Assembly: GCA_026025075.1 (NCBI GenBank)
Contig: JAPEUI010000011.1
Span: 186,001-232,946, forward strand
Length of the DNA stretch: 46,946 nucleotides
From: Vezdaea acicularis
Lineage: Eukaryota
Reading direction: 5' to 3'
Of this stretch, positions 34,214 through 46,276 are shown piece after piece. Position 1 is the first letter of the stretch. Each line of letters starts with the position of its first letter. The position numbers were made by a program, and so were the translations under genes. Under the pieces are notes generated by a model. That model was not told the DNA's origin, did no database searches, and worked only from the letters and a program-made list of their open reading frames with translations.

Positions 34214-34734
34214 AAGTGCCGCTGAAATAATGGGCCAGCATTGGTCTCCTCCCGAAGTCCCAAATGTACAGCTACTACAAATCAAATATTGCAGCCCTAA
34301 GATATGTCCGTACCATTGAGTTCCGCTCTTGATTGGTGCCGCCATACCTACTATGCGGCGTCTTGCATCTCGGATCGTTCCTTACGCTATCTGTATCATA
34401 GGCCAAGCCACAAATGCAGCTTGGCATTTCTTTCGTGGGCCCCGTTTTCTCTTGGTAAATGTCAAGAATTGCACTTAGGTACAAGCCCTCTGTGCAGCTA
34501 GATTTCGGCAAGTCATACTAGATTCCGGCGGCACTGAAGAAAGGTGTTATATACTTTGTTTTGGCTGTGAACCATTATCGGCTGATGCTATATTACGAGT
34601 TTCTATAAAAGTGCTCCGCCGTGAAGAAAGAGCAAGGGTCCTCGCCTCTAGAGTGATTTAATAAGAACAACCAGAGTATGATACAGGCAAGATCCTCTTC
34701 AAACACGCTCGCATAGCCAACTTGGAATGGCCAT

Positions 34735-35887
34735 CTACTGGGGTTGCTGAGACCCGTATTGGCTGCGCACTCGAGGCTTGGGATTAGCAGAGTGATTATA
34801 GCTCTTGCGCGGTTCCATCCCTATGTCTTCATCTTTCCTCTCAGCGCTGTTAACATTGATCCAGTTCAAGTATAGACCGACATCCTTAGCGATTGCGCCA
34901 GGTAAACTCATCTTCTGGAGTGCACCTGGAAGATTGCCTTTCGCATCGCTTGTTACGGCCATGGTCCATTCTAGCTTTCCGTCTTTGAGCTGTCTGACAC
35001 GTTCAATGGAAGCGTATGCTCCGACGACTAGACTCGAGTCTCCCGAATGGGAGCTCCCCACAAGTGACGCAACGCTCTTTGGTTCCAGGGGGAGCTGGAC
35101 AACGATGAAGGAAGTTTCAGATGCGTTGGCCGTTATGACAAGCTCAGGAAACATTCTATTTTTCAAGGGAAATGGTATCTCGTGGCACATTTCAACAACT
35201 TGTGCTTGTTAGGTCATGTACGGAACTATGATTCGTTGGCGGGAATGCCGACATACTATACATTTCAAGCTCCGAGTAATTTGGTACACTGACACCATCT
35301 AAAGGATATTGCAAGACATGCTTCCACTGGTATAAATCGTCCGTATATTCCGCTTCATGCTTCGAATGATCGTCCTTGATACCGAACTTGAACTCTTGGA
35401 AGGTTGCTGAGCCCGCCCTACTAATATTTTCATGAATACTACGTCTTGCGAACCAGTCTTCTTCCTTAGAATCCCAACGCTCACTGTACCCTGGTATGTT
35501 CTCCAAGGTATTGGTCGACAAATGGCAAGCCAATATCTCTATGGGAACACTGGTGGTAGGCGGGCGACTTCGATCTTTCCAATGAGATTTCATCGTGAAG
35601 CTTTTGCTGCTCTTGGATTGCCATACTCCATCCTTCCTGGGGGACTCGGAGTCAAGCCCATCCACGAACGATTGCGCTTGCGTGAGGACCTCCTCAAGAA
35701 AGAGTGCAAGCTCGGAGCTGCCTTCTGTTGGGGGTGCTTGACCTTCTTCAGTGTTCTTATGGATATCTGGATGGCGGGGCAACGCAGTGACTGGTATAGG
35801 TGCTAGGCGGATCCATTTGCTGAGTTTGATGTTTGCTCCAGCCATCGTTGTCGTGCTAAACGGTACATGCGATGATGACGAGTTCAT
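34735..35887 (-). CDS. DUF3074 (START-like) protein, ~350-364 aa; exons 35887 (or 35845)-35257, 35198-34735
   Basis: WFARRSIHEN..AGSATFQEFKFGIKDDHSKHEAEYT, EMCHEIPFPLKNRMFPELV, GAYASIERV, EWTMAVTSDAKGNLP. A 58-nt GTATGT..CTAAC..AAG intron joins the two ORFs in frame. Confidence 0.85.
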
Positions 35888-36689
35888 AAACTGTCAAGCT
35901 AGAAATAGGTACGTCCACCGCGATCGCCATCGCTTACCATGTCCTTAGACTTACCAAGGAGACTGACTATACAGGCTGCAGACCTTGGTAGCATTTCAGT
36001 CCATGGAGTGATCAGATATAGTAGAAATTAGACCAATTATTGTTTAGACAAGATATGATGCTCGGGCGTGGGTCTGCGCCAAGTATTGGACCAGGTTTCG
36101 GTGACATGGGCTAGGATCGAATTCTGCTGGCCTGGTGCTCCGTCCAGACAATGAATCTACCTTTACACTGCAAAGATTTCTTCAGTCATTCATTTTCGAA
36201 TGGTCAGAAGTCGATCTACAATTCTGCTGCAAGTGTCAATAAGTTTGTAAAGGCTTTATATTTGACGGTTTGCTCGTCGAAGCACAGATGCCAATTTAAG
36301 ACGCTCGGCTCGCTTGGCCTCGACTTATTCGGCAAGGCTGCAGGCAAAGCACTGTCGCGGATGGCTAGAGCTCAAGCATGGGCATCGGAGTGCTCAGCCT
36401 AGTACAGTATCAGCCGCCCAATCGTTTTCGGACATACTCCCTCTTGAAAATCGACAGCGCAACCTGGGCTTCTTTGCTGAGACTCTTTCTCAAGACGTTT
36501 GTCCGTCTTCATCTTTGTTTCCTCTCCACTTTCGTTTGCGAACTTGATAGATGACATAACGATAGTAAAGTCGAAGACTGCTATCCCATCATCATCCTTG
36601 CCGCCTAGCGTTACTTCCTCCCCCGATCGTCATCTCAATCTTTCTAGATGACTCGCATCGGGAGCTCAGACGTTCAGTCTGAGTACCCT

Positions 36690-39600
36690 ATGAACCCTCC
36701 TGCTCCCTATCAGCGACCTGGCTCTACGGCTCAACCTCCGCCGCAGGGCCAGCCCATGTATCAGAACCCCCCTCCTGGCGCCCGCCCTCTTGCGAATCCA
36801 GGCGAGTTTACTCCCAGTCATTCTTGAGAATAATAAGCTTCTGACAGGACAAGCAGATCCATACCAAGGCCAGGAATCAGGGCAAATGCCACCACTAGCT
36901 CAAGCTTATAGTCAAGCTCCACCACAAGCCCAATGGGCGAGCCAACCTCCGCCAAATGTCGCTCCTGCACAAGTCCCTGTTCAGCAAACACGTCCTCAAT
37001 CAATCCCCCCTCAGAATCAAGCCCCAATCTCGGGTTATAATCCTAACGTATACGGGCCAATGCCTGGTTCTCAGCCACAACTATCAAATCCTCCACAGCA
37101 ATATAACTCGCCCATACCTGCAATGCCATCGAGAGCTCCGATACAAAATCAGGCACCACCACAAGGCATGAATCAGCAGCAAGGAAGGCCTCCGCCACAA
37201 CAGTACAATGCACCACAGCAACAGACCAGTGCTGCAATTCCACAACAGTACGGCGCCCCCCAACAACAGAGTGCATCTCCGCTCGCAGCCCGACCGCTGC
37301 AGAACTACGGGAATCCGCTGCAGGGAAGACCTCCCCAGCAGCAAAGACCCGGGGCTGGCACTCCACAGCAGTATGGCGGGCCCCCTCAACAACATGGTGC
37401 ACCGCCGCCAGCGCCAGGGCCGCCTCAGAACCATGGAAATCAGCAGCAACAGCAATACGGAAGACCACCATCAGTTGGCCAGGCCCAACACCAATTTGGG
37501 CGTCCACCTCCACCACAAAGCCAAGCTAGTCCACCCCCAAATACTTCTCCTCGACCTGGCGTAGGTTTTGCTCAGCAAGGCCGTGTAGCGAGCCCTGCTC
37601 AACAAGTAGCTCAAGGGAGACCTCCTAGCCTTGTGAATATACAGGCAAACAGACCGTTACCTAATCAACAACCTATGCGCCCGCCAGTGTCTTCTCAGAG
37701 CACTCAGCAGAACGACCCAGCGTATGCAGCGCCTTTGCAAGCTCCTCAATCGCAACAGATGTATGCTCAAGGACCTAATCAAGGACAAGCTCCACAGCTG
37801 CCACCGCTACCTGCAGGCTATCAACAGCAGATAAGGCCAAACCAACAGGCGCCAGCGCAACACCCGCCGTACTCGCACAACCCTCCGACCAGTCGCTATA
37901 ACCCAAATTATCAGCGACCTGCGCAGCCACCACATCCCCAGCCGCCGCCGATTAACCACAACCAAGCGCCCGCTGAATATAACACTGCAACGTCAGCACC
38001 TCCCAACTCGCAAAGCTCTTACTTTCCTCCTCCAGATCAGCAGGGTAACAATCAAGATGATGGGTACAACCTTGGCCAGGATCAAATTCAAGATGGGACT
38101 GTTTTCAGCCCTGACGAGTCACACCAGGCCTATGTACCCCCCTCACTTTCAGGACATGGCGTAGCTGCATACCAGCCAAGCAACACAAACCCGTTGCCAG
38201 GTGTATATGTACCTCCTCCCCCAGAGAATGTTCCAGCGTGGACGGAGCAACAACAGCAGCAGCAGCCACAGCAACAACAGCCAGGGCGCAAGAAATTTAC
38301 ATATACCCCATCAGGCCCTCCTCCTCAACAGCAGTATCCTCAACAAAGGCCACCAAGTGTCCCACAACAGTATCAACAGAGCCAGGGCTTTTCACAGGGG
38401 CCGCCCCCTGTGCCGCATCAATATCAACAAAACCAAGGCGCTCCACAGGGACAGCCCCCTGTGCCACAGCAATATCAACAAAGCCAGGGACAGCCCCCTC
38501 TCGCACAGCCGTATCAGCAGAGTCAGACCATGCAGCAACCTCAGTCTCAACCTCTAGAACCACAGTACCCTGGCCAGCCAGGCGTGGATAATTGGAATCA
38601 ACAGGTTGGTGGTGTCCAACCTGTGCCTCATGGTAGTATTTCAGGACCCCCAACCAATCCACCCCCTGATCAATATGCAGCTCAGAATCAATATCAACAG
38701 GCCTATCCACCAAATAGTAATCATCAGGGGCAAGTCCAGGGGCAGGGCCAAGTCCCACAGAATCAAGGTTGGGACCAACAAGTGAACCATAATGGGCAGA
38801 CCGCTGATTCAGTGGGAACCCAACAGCAACCTGGCAGTACCCCTAGCTATGGACAAGGGCGTAAGCCCCGACCCCGCCAAGCTTCTGTATCCTCCCAATG
38901 GTCTACTTCGCAGCCGCAACAGCACATGGATAACCACAGCCAAGCTGTGGCTCTAGAACACCATCAAGCTATAGCTCCTGATGAACCACCCACGCCTACA
39001 TCCATCAGCGACCCCAAGTCGAAGATTGATATTGACCGGTCGCCCACACCTCCAGTCTCCGCGAACGCATTGGGTGCTTCTGCTTTAGGCGGCGCTGCAG
39101 GGCCCTCTGACTGGGAACACTTTGGTCTTGGAGACGATGACATCGACGACGAAGAACTCTTTGGGGCCAAGAAAGACGACGACTCCAAATCTCATCCCAT
39201 GACAGCGGAGTTGCCCTCAGGTCCATCTCCGCCACCAGGAGCTACGTCGAACAGTCAAGTCCATCACAGAAATAGCTATGAAACGGAGTCATGGCCCACA
39301 CCTCCAGCGCCAGCGCCTATCCAGCCCCATCGAACTCCTTCTGTTACTAGCAGTCTTCGACACGCAGTGACGCCCCCACCCGACCGGCAACACTTCGCAC
39401 CTACTCCTTCGCCAAAAACCGGACCAAATTACGTCATCCCTAATCAGTCCGCATCGACGTCCTTTAACTCTGTTAGTAGCGCTAGTGGTGGACCCCATGC
39501 ATATGCTCAGGAGACTGCCCGTGATTGGGAGCAAGCACGTCAGGGTACACCGAAAGCTGGAATAACAAATAAGAAAGAGAGTGTACCAGAAGCCCAGAGT

Positions 39601-42528
39601 TTCGTAATGGATGATGGAGGCTGGAGCCAACCCGTTCAAGAAGTAGTGTTAACGCCAGACCCACTAACATCTGAGCCAACACCGTCTCCCGCAACAGTAC
39701 CGCAAGATCGATCCCTCGCGCAAGCTGAAGCTGCACCTCGACAGCTAGCATCACAGGATAGCCAGATGGTCATAGCAGATATTCCAGCAACGTCTCATGC
39801 ATCAGAAGAACAACGCTCTGCACCGATTGGGACGGACGGCTTTGTCATTACCCCTGAACATACTGGAATACAGAGTCAGGTTGAAAGCCGCGCATTTGAG
39901 GCAAAGGCCATCCATGCTCCACAGGTAGACAACCATGCTCAGACCGACCCAGAGCAGCCCCCAGAGCCGATAGACCCTTATCCTGGTCTGGAGCCGTGGT
40001 ACAAGGACTCCCTTGATAGGTTCGCTGCGATGCTTCAAGAAGAGTCTCAGGCTGCCTCAGATAAAGACCGAACACAAATCTTCACAAACTTCATGATGTC
40101 TGAGTCTCGTTTAAGGGGAATGCGCTACGGACCTAGCATAGGACCAATCAGCGACGAGACGCGGAGCTCAGAAGCTTCACCTCTTGAGCAACGGCCTGCA
40201 CCCAAGGGCATTGAAGTGCCTCCTAGACAGTCTTCTCAACGCCAAACTTCCCCCCGCCAACAAGAGATTTTAACCCCAGTCTCTACATCAGGCTCATATG
40301 TTGTCGTTGATAACTCTGAGGATAACCAGTATAGCCCGGGAGGACGCCCAAAAGTGGCACGAAACTCGCAAACCCTAGAGAAGCAGCTCGTTCAACCTGA
40401 AACTGGCGAGACGAGAGCGTCTGGACAGGCAAGCGTGGCAAGAGATGGTATTGAAAATGGAAACAACAGAGCTGGCTTCCCATCAGACGATGGACCCATA
40501 GCTGTTGAATCTGAGGTAGTCGTCGCACCTTTGTTCTCCCCAAGGCACTCAATCTCCCGAGACCCCCCCAGCTCAGGATCACAACCTTTGGCCTACTCAG
40601 GACCCGGCGAGCAGAAGCCGGCTTACCAACCTTTCGGGCATGGTTATAAAGCATATACACCGCCAGCAGGGCCGGTGGCAAGCTCAGACGACCCCGATAT
40701 GCCTTCTTTCAAGAAGGTGTCTCCAAGAGAAGAGGGTATACCAGACTTTGACAATAGCGTTCGTTCGAGAGATTCATCTGGAACAAGATCACCTAGATCT
40801 AGGCGTTCGCCGGTCCGGAAATCGACTCTCGCTGGAGACCCCGAACGAGACAGGCATGGAAGCATACCAGACGAGCGCTCAGAATTTTTCATGGAATCTA
40901 CGCCCCAAGATGCCCGCCGCAGAGATTCTAGAAAGTCGGTTGATAACGCATCGCCACATTCACAACCTCAACGACGTTCAGTGGGAGGTTCGAGGAACAG
41001 CGTTTCAAGGAACAGCATCTACCTGGCTGAGAAGGATGAGACCTTCCTGGAACCTGAGCCTCTTGCACCACACCCTGAGATTGTAGTCGAGAGGCCTGCC
41101 GAGGAAAGCGATCAGGAGGAGGCACTGCCAGAGCCGGTCCACGAAGACGATGACAGCGTCCAAAACTTAAGGGCAGATGCATCTGACGACGGCTCACAGG
41201 CAAAGTCGCTACCTCCACCAACACCACCGCCCAAAGATGCTTCTTATACGCTAGCTCAGGTTCTGCCGTCTACGCGAGGCCAAGAGCTGCATCCGAGCCA
41301 GCAAGTCACGTCCTTGAAGCAAGCATTGAACGCGTTCCCCGACGAGTTCAACTTCATCTCTGACATGCTCGCATCGTGGGAAGCCGAAGCGAAGAAGGTT
41401 CGCAACAAGAACGAGGAAGACAGAAGAGCTCGGCAAGAAGAGCAAGAAGAACATACTGACCATCTCTTCTCCGAAAATGAGATTGGGTATGGCGATATTG
41501 CTGGAATCGAGGAGGAATTCAAGGCACAAGAGATCGAGAAGAAAGCGCGGGAGGACACTGACGAATACCAGAGCTTCGTTCATGATGTTTTCGATGTCGT
41601 GTACCATAGGCTCCAGGTTGACATCAAGGGGCTCATGGAGCAGTTTGCGTATTCACTCGATCTGATGAAACATGCTGCGGCCGGCAGGGACGCGCTCGAG
41701 ATCCAAAGCGCTCGGCCAGACCTGGCCCAGATCATGCAAATCGCTCTCGCCCTCCACCGAAAGGTCGAACTCCGCCATCTCAAGGTCACCGAGGCCATCC
41801 TCGACCGCGACAAGCGCAACAAGAAGATGGTCATCTCGCCTCTCTACGCTAGAGGCGATAAGTCACGGATGAAGCAAATGGAAAAGCGCTTCGACGAGGC
41901 GGAAAAGACGGTCGCCTTGCAGGCCGCCAAGAAGCGCGAAGAGCGTGCGCGGATGCTGATGAACGAGATTGAGAGCAACACCATGCGCGGCGTCGGCGAG
42001 GCCCTCGACTACATGGAAGAGATCTCCCAGGCCGTGCGTCATGTCGAAGACACCATCGCCGGCTTGAAAGACGACCAGTACCCAGGCGACCCCAAGCCCG
42101 TCGCCGCCGACCTCGTCTACGCGAAGACGGTCCTGCACGACCTCACGCAGACGTCTGACATTCTGATGCACTGTTTCCACAGCGCGGCCCTCGCCGTGAA
42201 TCTCGCCCGGCACGACGTCGACGTCTTGGCCGCGAAGCTCGAGAACGCCGACGCGCCCGCGCTGGACGGCCTCCTCAAAGCGAAGCAGGCCGAGGACGAC
42301 CGCCTGCAGCAGGAGCTCGACCATCGCGTATCGACCGTGCGGGACGACTTTGAGAAGGTGGCGACGCATATCGAGGGATTGCTGCCGAGGCTGGAGGGGC
42401 TGAAGGCCGGGGAGGAGCCCGTGGTTCCGGCGGCCAAACAGGTGCTGGACCCCCAGCATCAGGAGAGGATCCAGCGGGCGCTCGAGGCGGCGAAGCGGAG
42501 GAATCAGGCTGCGGAGGACTTTTCTTGA
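36690..42528 (+). CDS. Large uncharacterised protein (~1927 aa): Q/P/G/Y-rich low-complexity N-terminus, disordered middle with short conserved-looking islands, helical/coiled-coil C-terminus; exons 36690-36801, 36857-42528
   Basis: 5.7-kb uninterrupted ORF. The upstream exon MNPPAPYQRPGS...ARPLANP has the same composition and joins in frame through a 55-nt GCGAGT...CTGAC...CAG intron. Confidence 0.88.
38350..38526 (+). repeat. In-frame tandem repeats (51, 51, 39, ~36 nt) encoding PPxVPQQYQQSQG-like units
   Basis: PPSVPQQYQQSQGFSQG / PPPVPHQYQQNQGAPQG / QPPVPQQYQQSQG / QPPLAQPYQQSQ, with matching nucleotide similarity. Confidence 0.8.
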
Positions 42529-43026
42529 AGACAGAACCAAATTTTTCTCGTTGGGGGGAAAGGTTTTAACTGGGCGTTTTTGTTTGTTTCAGCGTCTTGA
42601 ACGGAGCGTTCCCCCCCCCTTCTTCGAGGCTGTTTTTTTGTCCCTTTCTTTGCACGTTGGAGCGATCATTGTTGCGAATGTTTTTATTCCCCAATTTTCT
42701 ATTGCTTCTTCTTCCTTGCTCGTTGGAGCGAATCACTGTTGCGAATCTTTTTTTCTGCAGCGTTTATCTGCTTTTCTCGTTCGTGGCTGCGTCTGTTGTT
42801 GAGCTAGATACCCTTTAATCGACCATTTTCATCTCATCCAAACCTCCTGCTTCATTCATTGAACTACGGTAGATACCCTTAAATCAACAATCTTACCCCA
42901 TCCCACCCCCCGCCGCTATCATCCCCACATGCAACACCCTCCCCCGTAATACTGTACAGCGTTGATACATCATACCCCCAACCCTCCCCCCTCCCCCCCT
43001 TTCTCTTTTTGGTACAGCACCCCACA

Positions 43027-44452
43027 CTATCGCACATCCCTAACCCCCAACCCCACCCCACTCTCGAACACCTCCACCTCCCCCGCGCCCACCGCCTCCG
43101 CTAACACCCACTCTAGACTCGCGCCGTGGAGGTATTTCCATTTTGTCATTTTGGCGGGGACTTTCGTCATGACACTGCTCCCGCTTCTTGCGCTGAGTTC
43201 GTCGGCAGGACTGGCATTGAAGCCTCCGCTGGTGGCGCTGGTGGCGGTGCTGGGGTTGTTGGGGTTGCTGATGCTACTGGTGCCATCCCAGCGTTCCCGC
43301 AGTAGTGGAAGGGGAAGTTCCTTTGTACGCGTCTGCGAGAGGAGGGAGAAGAGGTGCGATTTGCTGAGGTGCAGGTGTTTGAGGTATGGGCCTAGGGAGG
43401 GGAGGGAGAGTGAGAGGGGGTCTTTCTCTTTCTGTACCTCATCTTCCTGTTGCTGCTGGCGTCGCTGGCGTTGTTGTTGTCGGGAGGGGGGAAAAGTCGT
43501 GTTGGTTTTGGTGTTGGTGTTGACGCCGACGCGGGCGAGTGAGATGGCGGAGGTGAGTTCTGTTGTTGATGTACTGGAGGAGGAGGTGGGAAAGGAGGTA
43601 TTGGATATGTGTGCGGACGACAGAAAAGCGGGGGCGCGCACGAGAAAGCCGGAGTGTAGCAGGGCGTGCGTCTCGGCTGGAGTGAACTGGGAGCGGGAGA
43701 GAGTGGGAGATGACGGGTTTTGGCGGAGGAGGTTGAGGAATTTGTCTATGTGTGCGAATGGGTGTTAGTAGACTCTTCGTCGCCTTGCTTACCCCCATAC
43801 AGTGCTAAAAAGGGGAAGATTGAACACAGCCGCTGGGGAGAAAGGGAGGAGAAAACAAACCTATCAACCCCTCCACCCCCTCCAACGCCGCACACCTCCT
43901 AACCAACCCCTCCAAGCCCTCCGCCCCCTGAACAAGGACGACCCCCTCCAACACCCCTCCCGGCGCGGCCACGGCCCTTGTCTGCACTGCCAGTTTCCGC
44001 ACCGTTCCCTCACGCACGCATTCGGCGAGTAAGCGCTCCGTACGCGTTGGTGCGCCGAGGAGGGCGTGTAGATGCGGGAGTGTCACCAGGGGAGGGAGGG
44101 CGGCGCGGAAGTTGAGGACGTGGGCGATGCGGACGGAGGAGAGGCCGGCGTTGCGGGGGGGAAGAGAAGTGAATTTTGTGGAGAGCGCGTGGGTTAGAGC
44201 CGCAGGAATGGTAGTAAGGGAGGGGAGGGTGGGGAAGGGGAGGAGGTTTGTGGAGGGGGGGGCGTCGGTGGATGGGGGGGTGGGCGAGGAGGGTTTGGTG
44301 GGGGAGGAGGGGGTTGTCAATGCTTTGCGGCGGGGGTGCGTGGAGAAAGGGGAGCTGGTGGAGCGGGGGCGGGGGCGGGAGCGGAGGAGGGGGTTGCGTT
44401 TACGCGGTTTGGTGATGCGGGAGGAGGGGGCGGAGGTGTAGTGGAGGTGCAT
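43027..44452 (-). CDS. STK19-family (tandem winged-helix) protein, ~436 aa; exons 44452-43861, 43745-43027
   Basis: N-terminal TSAPSSRITK...SSPF, GLSSVRIAHVLNFRAALPPLVTLPHLHALLGAPT, ALLHSGFL, LSLPSLGPYLKHL, LLRERWDG, KWKYLHGASLEWVLAEAVGAGEVEVFESGVGLGVR resemble fungal Stk19 proteins. A 115-nt GTTTGT..CTAAC..TAG intron joins the ORFs in frame (1311 nt). Confidence 0.82.
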
Positions 44453-46252
44453 GGTGGCGAGGTGAGGGTTGTGCGGGAGATGGAAGGGTTTTAGAGGGAA
44501 GCTTCAGGCACGAAGAGGGACCATAACTATGAATACTGAGAGAGGTGAGTGAATATAAAACGAGGGTATTGCTGTGGCTTGCGTGATGGGGAGTTGGTCG
44601 GTGGATGAGGCTCTATCTCGGAGGTGTGCTGCCTAGCAGATTTTTATATAAGCACTCGGTTCGCGGCGACCTCACGGAATTCCCGCGCCTGAATTATCTG
44701 ATTGGTGGGGTTTTCTCGTGCGGATATTCGAAATGTAGACTGAGCAAAATACAAGCGGTGGCCTTCACTCCTTTTCTCTTGTTGTTTGATACTAGTTTGG
44801 AGATACATCCCGATACTTTGGCGGTTCCCCGCGTATGCAAGTACGCACAAGAAACGGCCCGCCTCGTGTCCATACCGAGGGATGATCATAAAGATTTCTC
44901 GCTCCAAATTGATTATCTCGACGGCAGTTGGAGGCCGAAGTACTACCGTGCCGGTGATGACCACGACGGGATCAGGTTTGAGATCCATGGGGCAGCGCAG
45001 ATCCACCCGCGTTCCCCCAGTCCCTCCTCCCCTTCCCTGCCTGTGGCTTGTCTCATCTGACGGCGGCTTGCCGATCCGGCCGAGCTTGCTTGGCGTACGG
45101 TGGCTCGCGCGCGCAAAGCCGATCTGTGGCTAGTATGCCGATACTCGCGGCGGCGAGATACAACACCCCTGTCCGTGAGCGCCCATCAGCGGAGGCGCAT
45201 GGCCATTCCGAACAACGCAGGGTAAAGGGCTGGCGGCCGGTCAGCGACGGAGCGAGTGGTAAGCGGATGGATCGTCCCCTTTTTCTCGCGCGGCAGCTTC
45301 TCGGCCGCGGATTCGATCTGGGACCACTTTCACTTCAGCCCTGTCGAAGATGAGCAGACTCAACCGAGCCAACGCCATTGCAACGCTCGCTCATCGACCG
45401 TGGAAAGGGCCGTTTGGGCGTTCGGAAACGCCTCAGCTGCCCCGTGCGAAATTCGTTTTCGCCGTACCTGGACATGAGAAATGTTGGCAGAAAAACCGAG
45501 ATGATGTCATCGATCGGCCCTGCGAATGAGGGCATGATGACGAGAAAGGGCGGTGGCTGGGCGCCGGTCGCCCTGACCCTTCTTCGGCCTGCTGGTAGCC
45601 GGATCACTTTGCAGCGGCCTCCTTAGTCGAGTTAGCGCGGCGATCGAGGCCAATTGGTCTTCTTCTCCTCGCCTGATACGTATTGGCCGTAACCCAAAGG
45701 AGAGGTGGAGAGGGCCCCACGAATGGTTCAGTCTCGCGAAAGATGGCCTTGGAAGGAAAAGCCATTCTGCCTCTCAGGGTCCATGACCGATTGTGTGACT
45801 GCAAGCTGGCGATAACAGCCTCGTGGACGTGGATGAGCAAACACTTGGCCCTTCCCTCGCGGGCGGCATTGAGGTTACGAGGCTCGTGCGGCCGGATCAC
45901 GGGCTCCGATGACTTTGAGGGGTGCGGTGTTTTGCGTTGCGCCCTTCGTCGCGCTTTCCGCCTGCAGCTCTCGCGCCTCCTTTTTTCGAGTCAGCCACGA
46001 ATCCGCTCCTGCCGTTTCTCCCACTGGTCTCAGTCGTCCCTTCCCCTTCCCCTTCCCCATCCGAGTCCGAACCTCCGACCAACCCCCGACCGAATGGAGA
46101 AGGCGCGGTCAGGGACGCCGCGTGTTCAGCCGCCGAGACGGGGGCACCCGAGACCAATCAGGGGCGCAGATGACGGTCGCCGATGGCCGTCGAGGCGAGC
46201 GGAGATGAAATGAAACGAGCGCGGTGAACGAGGAGGAGATGGGAGAAGATGA

Positions 46253-46276
46253 AGCAGAGCAGAGCAGAGCAGAGCA
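46253..46276. repeat. Pentanucleotide microsatellite (AGCAG)n, ~4.8 units
   Basis: AGCAGAGCAGAGCAGAGCAGAGCA read directly. Confidence 0.85.

Noticed and set aside
36790..36856. TTG start of the 1912-aa ORF given by the ORF track
   Set aside because: This stretch is better explained as the end of exon 1 in another frame plus the GC-AG intron.
41863..43768. Long antisense ORFs (225 aa at 41863-42540, 268 aa at 42962-43768)
   Set aside because: Antisense shadows of biased coding sequence, with no independent motifs.
31828..44452. Functional TFIIH/repair cluster (KIN28 + STK19-like)
   Set aside because: Three unrelated genes intervene, and there is no evidence of co-regulation without synteny data.
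44605..45060. 151-aa + strand ORF and the opposing 120-aa ORF
   Set aside because: No recognisable domain or codon bias; both lie in the STK19-like promoter region.
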